Shown here one piece after another: positions 9,001-15,275 of a stretch of 20,079 nt of DNA. The DNA is taken from positions 1 through 20,079 of the forward strand of contig JAZDJS010000050.1 of NCBI GenBank assembly GCA_043803745.1. The letters are read 5' to 3'. Both the position numbers and the translations under genes were made by a program. Within the stretch, counting starts at the first letter, position 1. Every line of letters starts with the position of its first letter. The notes under the pieces were generated by a model. It saw only the letters and a program-made list of their open reading frames with translations. It did no database searches and had not been told where the DNA came from. This DNA comes from an archaeon (GTDB lineage Archaea; SpSt-1190; DYHY01).

Positions 9001-10423
9001 AAGGCACTGCGGTGCCTGGAGCAAGGCAGACTTTCAGTCCGCTTGGAAGGGGGGTGCAGATTCCAGTTCCCCTACACTGTACGGTAGGTGAGCAAGAGCC
9101 GCCCAATGCTCCGGGCGCGGCAGCATACGCAGCTCCGGTTGAACAGGTCGAAACGGTGCCCGTCACGCTCGTGCAATATGCTCCTGTTCCGAGAAGACCT
9201 TCTTCGCATTTTTCAACGTGTATCGTGCAGCCCGGACCAACCATACATGTTCCGGTAGCGCCCCCCGGCGCATCAATAGCGCCTCCGCTTACGCAGCAGG
9301 CGCAGTTATCTCCGCAACCGGGAGTAGTGTATTCTATTCCGTCACAGGCAACTGGAATGTTAGCAGGCCAGAACATCACAGTCCCTCCCCCGGAGGAAGG
9401 CATGCACATTGCGGTGTAATCGGGTGTTGGCGAGTTGGGTAGCTGCAACCAGCTGCAACCAGTTGGATAAGATGTGCAGGTGCAATAGCGGTTATTTCCT
9501 GTTGGCGGATTAAGGAAAACAGAAAGGCTGCCAGTTAAACTGCTCAATTCGTCAACACATCCGACAGGGCAGGTTGCCGGGATTGTGCCCTCGCATAGAT
9601 GATAAGTTGAGGGCGCACTGGAAGGACTCAACCATGAACACGCGCCCAAAGCCGCAGTGTCGCAAGCAACGCTGGCGGGACAGTAGCACATTGTGTTGGG
9701 AGGTTGACTGGCGGGGTCGCAACCAGAGCCGCCTGCAGTTAATCCGGTGCAGTCTTCTGGCGGAATGACACTGTAAAACTTACTACCCTCAGAGCGAGGC
9801 GCCGTGTCCCATCTACAGTCATTGTATTGATTGTTAGCACAGAAACAGTTGTAATAACCCCCTGAGGTGGGGCTTGGGCCATCACAGTAGCAAGAGGTCC
9901 TGGAGGCTCCGCAAAGTGCTCGAGAACTGCAAGAAGCCACTTCTGATATGTGACAAACTCCTACTGCTGTCGCATCCCATCCACAAGAAGCACCTGAGTC
10001 CTGAACATAGCACTTGCTGGACGAAGTTGGTTTGCAGCCTGCGCAAGGACAGGTTGTTCCGGAGCTTCCGCCAGAAACTGATGTGGTTGTAGTTGAACTA
10101 GTGGTTGCAGTTGAAGGGTTGCATTGCTTGCATTTAGAAAATGCAACTCCAAAGCACTCCCAACACCACGTAGATGATGAATCTGCCCAGCCGCAGACTG
10201 AATTTGAAGCGGAATTAGAAGGGCAAGGATTGCTGCTTCCATCAACGTTGCAGAAACAATTTTCGCCAGGGCCAAGTTCCCCAGCAGAACAGCCAGATAT
10301 ACTTTTTTCTTCGGAACACGACCAAGCGAGCCCTCTTTCCCCCCAGACCCCGACGAAAACAACCGCAAAAGCGAGCACAAAAACCAATCCAAGAACTAAA
10401 AGAACCCTTCTGTCGTTAGCCAT
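6026..10423 (-). CDS. Very large Cys-rich secreted/surface protein (about 1465 aa) with three ~108-aa internal repeats
   Basis: Start placed at ATG 10423 (MANDRR...), 27 nt below TTTATTTAAA at about 10450-10459. N-terminal signal/TM, dense Cys N-half, Gly/Asn/Asp/Glu linker, PTPTP linker and many N-x-S/T sequons. Confidence 0.88.
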   Translation of the reverse strand: MANDRRVLLVLGLVFVLAFAVVFVGVWGERGLAWSCSEEKSISGCSAGELGPGENCFCNVDGSSNPCPSNSASNSVCGWADSSSTWCWECFGVAFSKCKQCNPSTATTSSTTTTSVSGGSSGTTCPCAGCKPTSSSKCYVQDSGASCGWDATAVGVCHISEVASCSSRALCGASRTSCYCDGPSPTSGGYYNCFCANNQYNDCRWDTAPRSEGSKFYSVIPPEDCTGLTAGGSGCDPASQPPNTMCYCPASVACDTAALGACSWLSPSSAPSTYHLCEGTIPATCPVGCVDELSSLTGSLSVFLNPPTGNNRYCTCTSYPTGCSWLQLPNSPTPDYTAMCMPSSGGGTVMFWPANIPVACDGIEYTTPGCGDNCACCVSGGAIDAPGGATGTCMVGPGCTIHVEKCEEGLLGTGAYCTSVTGTVSTCSTGAAYAAAPGALGGSCSPTVQCRGTGICTPLPSGLKVCLAPGTAVPSGACTGADQTCYPNNLISGTWSPCVYSVTGAGAIVEGDCVDASVRAEQESECGIGKSPDGNWACVLLTGTHLTGTPIHRTLTNNDLVVESPGICSADYVCMEGTCKSGAGVERICSETEPGAGDFDDSCKKDPFDANAAFGEIEPSLSACGNSDLQCYERTNPNCQASGDNGGGNGWGNGDNGDGDEEECEGEDCGGDEYTPAGCESDATVTRICVDLETSLAHRDETGMYYVNPDDNNRLYSEDWFKPCTLEDTCCPNHELCYAPLDQLLLCKSADGKERKCMTLEASNQEVANGWVETSLPCHSDDSCCWRGVPICMEKSMGNPIEISVKPSTTDKRLKTGCKVTVNVTQKTGASAYQNENLVVNNTDKGITTNIPAVKTLAQNAALPFYWTWNVSVPNNGTYNFSFLSGTAIINWTQYTASSTVAITCPVDVPALPAVNISVTPATPNKELKTGCKVLVNVTQLTGTVAYSSESLVVKYAGTTGVPVTKNFTQNAVAPFYWTWNLTIASDGPYHFSFLNGSTLVNWTTYTALSTGAWNCLTDLPAVNISVKPATPDKKLTTGCIATINVTQLTGTTPYQTPRLTMKHADTTEIPVTANLTQDAVAPFYWIWRAPVAKEGKYNFSFLNGSTLVNWTNYTALSAVALTCPGENCTEICINSTAATPVKLGCGMASCSKLKMAFNKTCTEGICGLTTVTYCANDSSCIPIVTGNWSTINLGGTANFNVSLGANVSNYSGAVTKIGFFIDGLKVGEDSGTPYSATVGLYVAGTTHKYYATAVTPDGNFSSVNYTIEIPHTIPTPTPVPTPTPENQTANCTQYFECFYGFTNCSLGTVYVASAKLGSRIELKANSSGGISFYPPFAGNHSIQAVCGDRASEVKTLEVAATSFTVSVVGGNCTIPDRNNCTLVMNSSKAVPLDFFILGNASKGLAFSELRREGSGWTGNRTISFSNISYRGTGPHEVSVFIYPRDAYLSVPAAFVKAIYIGKVQ
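7049..8023 (-). repeat. Three tandem intragenic ~324-bp (108-aa) domain repeats
   Basis: Units begin (I/V)xISVxPxTxxKxLxTGC at 8023, 7681 and 7357 and share PFYWxW, YxFSFL and NWTxYTA. Nucleotides 7082-7123 and 7406-7447 are nearly identical. Confidence 0.9.
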
Positions 10424-10567
10424 CCTAAGGGATTTTACCACTGAACTAGTTTAAATAAATTTAGCCGGGGCTTCTACCGAGCCTTCCGCGACTTCTGGCG
10501 CTTGGTTAATCGTCGCTGCGGCATGAGAAAATGCCGGAAAAGGGATTCTTTCAGCCCCTTGGAAAAT

Positions 10568-10774
10568 CTGACGGCTTCTTTTCCCTTGAACTGTCCTCTG
10601 AGGAGGAGGGTCCTGTCACATCCATTCGACCTTGCGCCTGATGGCTCCAGATCTCACATGCGTTCGACTTGCTTAAAGCCTGCTGCTAACTGCTTCTTTT
10701 TCCCGTGAACGGCTTTTTCTTTGCAAGAAAAAGGGGTTCCTTCACATGCGTTCGACAACGGGAATCCCGAGGAA
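10568..10774. repeat. Stack of three extra copies of the argS 3' end (10616-10630 degenerate, 10654-10668, 10742-10774) interleaved with two hairpin elements (about 10568-10615 and 10688-10741)
   Basis: TCACATGCGTTCGAC, the reverse complement of the argS stop region, is read directly at these positions (13/15, 15/15 and 32/33 identity to the sequence starting at 11768). Confidence 0.88.
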
Positions 10775-10778
10775 GGGC

Positions 10779-11285
10779 TTAGGACTTGAAAAGGACGGGC
10801 TTCCTGGAAAAGCCAATCTTCCAAGATTTGAAGAACTCCAACAACGGACTATCGCCCGAGGAAGGAACGCTGACTGCTCCGCTCCCAAGGCGGGTCCCGC
10901 CCAAGCGGAAAAGCAGACCTTCCCCGGAAGACCTTCCGAAAAGTGCGTGGGAAAACCTGCTTTTTCCTGTCCCCTCAAGTCCCTTCAAGTCATATGTGTA
11001 GACGACCGAGGGATGAAAGCCGAATTCCGAGGAGAACGCCCTGCCGTTCGGAAGGAATCCTTCGGAAAGCGCGGTCCGGAACAGCGAACTTTTGAAAATT
11101 CCGGAGACTTCCAACCTCACAACATGGAAATTCTTCGCAAGCTTCGGAAGCACGACCGCGTCGGTCTCAACAAGCACAAGAACGTCGACGTCTCTTGGCG
11201 CGCGCTTTCCCCGGACATATGAGCCGAACAATATCGCTTTCAGCACGCCCTTGGCGCGCTCAAGCTTTCTTAATTCCGGGAACAC
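10779..11285 (-). CDS. Minimal nucleotidyltransferase (MNT/MntA-like antitoxin) with an extra C-terminal domain
   Basis: ILFGSYVRG...RDVDVLV matches the GS...DxD pol-beta motif. GTG start with SD GGAGGTAG (11295-11302); overlaps the end of the HEPN gene. Confidence 0.88.
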   Translation of the reverse strand: MFPELRKLERAKGVLKAILFGSYVRGKRAPRDVDVLVLVETDAVVLPKLAKNFHVVRLEVSGIFKSSLFRTALSEGFLPNGRAFSSEFGFHPSVVYTYDLKGLEGTGKSRFSHALFGRSSGEGLLFRLGGTRLGSGAVSVPSSGDSPLLEFFKSWKIGFSRKPVLFKS

Positions 11286-11610
11286 GTTCGGAAACTACCT
11301 CCTCAACGGCGTTCTTGACCTTTTCAGCTTCAGCCCGCTTCAGCCGGAGGTTGTAGCTTCTCCGGTAGACCGAGAACACCTGCTTCATCAGGGAAACCAG
11401 CTCCTTGTCGATCAGTTCAAGGTAGGAAAAGCGCTCCTTGTGGTCCTTCGGGAGAATCTTGTATTTTTCGTATACCAAAAGCGTCCCTACCGTTGCAAGC
11501 GCCTTGAAATAAAGGGTCGCGGAACTGTTACAGTTCCCTCTCTTGAACTCCGACCTTGCCCCGGAAAGGAACTCGTTCAGGTTTTCCAGGAGCTCGGTTC
11601 TTTCATCCAT
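11260..11610 (-). CDS. HEPN domain protein (putative toxin of a HEPN-MNT module)
   Basis: 116 aa, predicted helical; the A..EFKRG...SATLYFKAL, PKDH and YRRSY pattern resembles archaeal HEPN proteins; paired with an MNT gene. Confidence 0.78.
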   Translation of the reverse strand: MDERTELLENLNEFLSGARSEFKRGNCNSSATLYFKALATVGTLLVYEKYKILPKDHKERFSYLELIDKELVSLMKQVFSVYRRSYNLRLKRAEAEKVKNAVEEVVSERVPGIKKA

Positions 11611-11662
11611 GTAAACTGTTTACAAATAAGCTATTAATAAAGCTTTCTGTAAACCGTTTACA
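11610..11662 (-). promoter_or_regulatory. TA promoter: TATA box (TTTATTAATA) flanked by two 15-bp palindromes TGTAAAC-N-GTTTACA
   Basis: Palindromes at 11610-11624 (touching the ATG) and 11648-11662, with identical arms. Confidence 0.8.
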
Positions 11663-11666
11663 TATT

Positions 11667-11767
11667 GGCTTTTCCCGTGAAAGACGGCCGGAGCTTTCGC
11701 AGAGCAGGTGGGTTCCTTTCGCGCTTTCCGTGAACGCTTTTTTTCCTGCAGGAAAAAAAGGGTTCTG
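11667..11767. repeat. Two adjacent hairpin elements immediately downstream of the argS stop
   Basis: CCGTGAAAGAC...GGGTTCC (about 11667-11716) and CCGTGAACGC-TTTTTTTCC-tgca-GGAAAAAAA-GGGTTCTG (about 11721-11767). Confidence 0.75.
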
Positions 11768-13663
11768 TCACATGCGTTCGACAACGGGAATCCCTAGGAA
11801 TGTCAGGCTTGAGCGGAGGGCGAAATAGGCAGCCCGGACAAGAGCGAGCCGCCTCTCCTCATGCTCGGACCCGAGGACCCGGCAGGTCGTGTAGAACTTG
11901 GAAAGTATTGTCGCAAGCTGGAAGGCATATTCGGAAATCCGGGAAATCTCGGTCCGGGTCCCCCAGACCTCCTTTCTCAGGCTTCCGGCAATCCTGACTA
12001 TTTCAGCCGGGAGGAACGCAATCTGCTTCGCCAGAAGATATTCATCCTCCTCAATTCCGGATATGTCGGAGATTTCCGCATTTCCGCCGGCCTTTTCCCG
12101 GCCGGCCTTTTCCAATATCCGGAGGCATCTTGCGAGGGCATACTGGAGATAGGGCGCGCTGTCCCCGTCGAAGGAAAGGGCGTCCTCCCAGCGGAAGGTT
12201 ATCTTCTTCTCCGGCGCGAATTTCAGGAGGGTGTACCTTACCGCGCCGACTCCGACAGCCTCGGCAATCCTTTTCTTCTCCTCCTCGGGGAGGGCCTGGT
12301 TCTTTTTCTCGACTTCCGCGCGCGCTCGCTCGACAGCCTCGTCAAGGACCTCGTCAACCGAAAACCCGACCCAGGTCCCCTTCCTGCCGGAGAATTTCCC
12401 CTCGGGAAGCCAGACGTGCTCGTAGGAAAGGTGGAAGCTCCTTGCCTCTTCAGAGGCAAAGCCGATTTTCCCGAGGATGGAATATACGATCCTCTGGGGG
12501 TGCGCCTGCTCGGCTCCGATGACGTTTATCACAATCTCGTATTTCGGCAGGGAGACCTCGTCTCCCGAGAGGGCGGATTTGCGGACCATCTGCCCATTCG
12601 GCTGCTTTTCGAAATCGGAGAACCTGAACGGGTTCTCGAAAAGACCGAACTTCCACATCTGGAAAGCCACGTCCTTCGCAGCATATGTCGCTGTCCCGTC
12701 GCTCCTGACAAGGACGACGTCGGTATCCTCAAGGTTTTCGAATCCGGGGAAGCCGGAAACGTCGCAGATTATGCATCCGGCCTTTTCGCCGGAATCGGCG
12801 CGCTTGACAACCCCTGTCGCGAGCATTTTCTCGAGGGCCTTGGAGAAAAGCCCCGCGGAGATTATCTCGGACTCGTAAATCTGGAGGTCGTGGAAAATCC
12901 CGAACCGGTATGCGGTCGCATACTGGGCGCGGACGCAGTTTTCGGCGATTTCCCGCGCGCCCGATGCAGCCGGCTCGACCCCCTTTTCCATGTCATGCAT
13001 TATCGCACGGACTGCCGCCTCGACCTCCGGATTCTTCCCGGTTTCGGCCTCGACATCAACGTAAAGGAGCCCGAGATTCTGGTCGAATTTCGGATGCAGC
13101 TTCTCCGCGCCAGGACGGTTCTTAACCCCCCAGTAGACCTTCGCAACCTGGAGCCCGAGGTTGTCGATATAGTCCATCTTGGTCACCAGGTATCCTGCGC
13201 CGGAAAGCACCCGGGAAAGCGTGTCCCCGAGAACCGCGTTCCGCGCATGCCCGATGTGCCAGGGCTTGTTCGGGTTCACCGAGGGGAATTCGACAAGAAC
13301 GCTTTTCCCGGAAAATGCGCGCGATTTGCCGTAATTCTCGCCGGCGGAAACCGCTTCGGAAACCGCGCGGGAAAGGAGCTCGCTCTTTTTGGAGAAGAAA
13401 TTCAGGTAGCCGCCCTTGTTCTCGACCCGCTCAATCAGGGGGAATTCCGGAAGCCTGATCGAGGCAATCAGGTCCTCCGCTATTCTGAAGGGCGCCCGCC
13501 TCTTCTCGCGCGCAAGCTCGAACGCAACGGAAGAACTGAGGTCGGCTCCGTCCGAAGCATCCTTCTGCGGGATCGCGAGCTTTTCCTTCGAAACGCCGAG
13601 CGCGGCGGAAACCTGCGAAACGAACTCGTCCCAGACGGGAATTTTATCAGCCATTTCAATCAT
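11768..13663 (-). CDS. argS: Arginine--tRNA ligase
   Basis: SVNPNKPWHIGHARN (HIGH motif), RSDGTATYAAKD, KFSGRKG, FDGDSAPYLQYA and C-terminal LGIPVVERM. Start is ATG 13663 or 13654; TATA-like TATAATAA at about 13691-13698. Confidence 0.97.
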   Translation of the reverse strand: MIEMADKIPVWDEFVSQVSAALGVSKEKLAIPQKDASDGADLSSSVAFELAREKRRAPFRIAEDLIASIRLPEFPLIERVENKGGYLNFFSKKSELLSRAVSEAVSAGENYGKSRAFSGKSVLVEFPSVNPNKPWHIGHARNAVLGDTLSRVLSGAGYLVTKMDYIDNLGLQVAKVYWGVKNRPGAEKLHPKFDQNLGLLYVDVEAETGKNPEVEAAVRAIMHDMEKGVEPAASGAREIAENCVRAQYATAYRFGIFHDLQIYESEIISAGLFSKALEKMLATGVVKRADSGEKAGCIICDVSGFPGFENLEDTDVVLVRSDGTATYAAKDVAFQMWKFGLFENPFRFSDFEKQPNGQMVRKSALSGDEVSLPKYEIVINVIGAEQAHPQRIVYSILGKIGFASEEARSFHLSYEHVWLPEGKFSGRKGTWVGFSVDEVLDEAVERARAEVEKKNQALPEEEKKRIAEAVGVGAVRYTLLKFAPEKKITFRWEDALSFDGDSAPYLQYALARCLRILEKAGREKAGGNAEISDISGIEEDEYLLAKQIAFLPAEIVRIAGSLRKEVWGTRTEISRISEYAFQLATILSKFYTTCRVLGSEHEERRLALVRAAYFALRSSLTFLGIPVVERM

Positions 13664-13716
13664 CGCCAACCTGAAATCCGGAAAGCTTGCTTATTATACT
13701 TTTGAAGAACTATTCG

Positions 13717-13748
13717 GGGGCGGGAAAATCCCGCCCCGTCAAAAAAAA
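13717..13748 (-). terminator. Oligo-T tract plus 9-bp GC hairpin downstream of the poly-Lys micro-ORF
   Basis: A8 at 13741-13748 (U8 on the minus strand, directly after TAA) and GGGGCGGGA-aaa-TCCCGCCCC at 13717-13737. Confidence 0.55.
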
Positions 13749-13775
13749 TTACTTTTTCTTTTTCTTTTTTGCCAT
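13749..13775 (-). CDS. Putative micro-peptide MAKKKKKK (8 aa)
   Basis: ATG GCA AAA AAG AAA AAG AAA AAG TAA, with an in-frame stop just upstream. SD-like AGGGGGTTGA 8 nt before the ATG, TATA-like TTATTTATA at 13833-13841 and a T-tract after the stop. Confidence 0.5.
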   Translation of the reverse strand: MAKKKKKK

Positions 13776-13871
13776 TTAAGAAGTCAACCCCCTTTGATTT
13801 TGTCGTTATGACATCCTAAACCGACGACCAAGTATAAATAAGTGTTTAATCAGGGAAGACATATCGATGTG

Positions 13872-13895
13872 CAAATGTTCCATTTGGAACGTTTG
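13872..13895. promoter_or_regulatory. Near-perfect 24-bp palindrome in the divergent promoter region (possible operator)
   Basis: CAAATGTTCCA-tt-TGGAACGTTTG (10 of 11 arm positions match). Confidence 0.45.
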
Positions 13896-13951
13896 AAGAG
13901 CGTTTGAAAATAGGAAAACAATAAAACCTTCCGGATGCGGGAGCCCCGCAT

Positions 13952-14533
13952 ATGGGAAGAACGCTCGGCGTTTCCGAAACTCTCGCACTCGCCGAGAAGC
14001 ACGGGCTTGCCGTTGCAAGAATCTTTTCGGCGGATACGGCGGAATTCCCGGTTTTCGTCAAGCCGGACATCTCGGGGCACAAGAGCGACAGGGGGCTGGT
14101 TTTCCTTGCGAACGACAAAGGGGAGCTTGCCGAAGCAGTCGGGAAAATCTCCCCGGACTCGAATCCGATAATACAGGAAAGGCTTTCCGGGACCGAACTC
14201 ATTCTCGGGGCGAAGAAGGACCCGGTATTCGGAACGGTCGCCCTTGCGGGGATAGGGGGGACCCTTGCGGAGGCATATTCCGACGCAGCGGTTGGCGTAA
14301 CGCCCCTTTCCGAAGAGGATGCGCTAAGGATGATTGACTCGCTGAAGGGGCAGAAAATACTCTCGGGATTCAGGGGGAAACCGGCAGTTGACAGGGCTGC
14401 CCTCGCCCGCGCAATAGTCCTTGTGGGGAAAATGGCTGATGCGGAAGGACTTGCCGAGCTCGACCTCAATCCGGTTATTGCGGACGGGGAGAGGATTGTT
14501 GCTGTCGATGGGCGCGCGGTTGTTTGTGATTGA
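13952..14533 (+). CDS. Acetate--CoA ligase (ADP-forming) family ATP-grasp subunit, stand-alone beta-like
   Basis: FPVFVK, HKSDRGLV, ELILGAKKDPVFG, LSGFRGKPAVD and ELDLNPV...AVDGR motifs of the ACD ATP-grasp domain. Confidence 0.88.
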   Translation: MGRTLGVSETLALAEKHGLAVARIFSADTAEFPVFVKPDISGHKSDRGLVFLANDKGELAEAVGKISPDSNPIIQERLSGTELILGAKKDPVFGTVALAGIGGTLAEAYSDAAVGVTPLSEEDALRMIDSLKGQKILSGFRGKPAVDRAALARAIVLVGKMADAEGLAELDLNPVIADGERIVAVDGRAVVCD

Positions 14534-14628
14534 ATAGGCAACCTGCTTCTTTTTGACCGTAAACGACTTTTTCTAGCGAGAAAAAGGGGTTTGTCGATGG
14601 GCGCGCGGTTGTTTGTGATTGAATAGGC
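14503..14628. repeat. Perfect 37-bp direct repeat (14503-14539 / 14592-14628) of the ACD gene 3' end flanking a single 52-bp hairpin element (14540-14591)
   Basis: TGTCGATGGGCGCGCGGTTGTTTGTGATTGAATAGGC occurs twice; the insert reads AACCTGCTTCTTTTTGA-CCGTAAACGAC-TTTTTCT-agcg-AGAAAAA-GGGGTT. Confidence 0.93.
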
Positions 14629-14631
14629 CGG

Positions 14632-15219
14632 TTACCTGTTCTTTCTTTTCAGAAACTTGCTGAGAAGGGAGAATATCTTCTTTTCGCCCCTGCGAGCCCT
14701 TTGGTGGAGATAGAGGGCGGAAAGGAGAACGAGCGAGCCGAGAATGAAGATGAAAACCAGAGGCCTGCTCTCCGAAATCCTCACCTGGGAGGTTTTCCGG
14801 TCGAAACCGGAGGGATAAACATAGATTGTCGTGAGGTTGAGGGCGCCCTCCGAGGGCGACGTGAAGAAATAGGTGAGGGTTGCGGTCTCCCCGGGAGAGA
14901 ACCCCTGCCGGAAATTCCAGCGGTATTTCGTTCCAAGCCCCTCCTGCCTTTCCTCGAAGGAAACCATTGCGGCGTCATAGCCCGAAACCGTCCATTCCTC
15001 AAGCCTTGCCGGAAGGGGAATTTCTTCCACGATGTTGAGGGATGCTGTCGAGGATTCCGAGGAAATCTCAAGGACAACCATCCCCTTTGCGCCGACGTCG
15101 ATCGCGAAAGGCGCGGACTTGTTGACCGTAACTTTCGAGAATCCCGGGGATATCAGGAGGCTGACAAGCAAAAGCGCGAGGATTCCCGAATAAACTGGAA
15201 GAGCCTTCCCGGATGACAT
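14632..15219 (-). CDS. Predicted membrane-anchored protein with one Ig-like domain
   Basis: Signal peptide, beta-rich domain (VVLEI...IVEEIP...FSPGETATLTY), C-terminal TM and basic tail. Confidence 0.8.
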   Translation of the reverse strand: MSSGKALPVYSGILALLLVSLLISPGFSKVTVNKSAPFAIDVGAKGMVVLEISSESSTASLNIVEEIPLPARLEEWTVSGYDAAMVSFEERQEGLGTKYRWNFRQGFSPGETATLTYFFTSPSEGALNLTTIYVYPSGFDRKTSQVRISESRPLVFIFILGSLVLLSALYLHQRARRGEKKIFSLLSKFLKRKNR

Positions 15220-15275
15220 TGCGGGAAATGAGGCCAGCCAAAGTTTATTAAACTATATACCCGGGAAATCGGGAA

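Larger units (their letters stand above)
10742..11800. mobile_element. Putative ~1-kb inserted cassette (HEPN-MNT TA with its own promoter) bounded by 33-bp direct repeats of the argS 3' end
   Basis: Direct repeats at 10742-10774 and 11768-11800 differ by one synonymous base. No transposase or integrase is encoded, so mobility is inferred. Confidence 0.65.

Noticed and set aside
10742-10978. 78-aa ORF ending FLGIPVVERM like ArgRS
   Set aside because: Artefact of the duplicated argS end joined to an alternative frame of the MNT gene.
10568-11800. Classical integron attC cassette array
   Set aside because: Some copies have AAC...GTT around a hairpin, but they lack consistent RYYYAAC/GTTRRRY boxes, are short, no IntI is visible, and integrons do not duplicate 33-37 bp of target. 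Kept only as an analogy.
11861-13705. 614-aa + strand ORF antisense to argS
   Set aside because: Shadow ORF of a GC-rich gene; no recognisable motifs and fully overlapping a clear argS.
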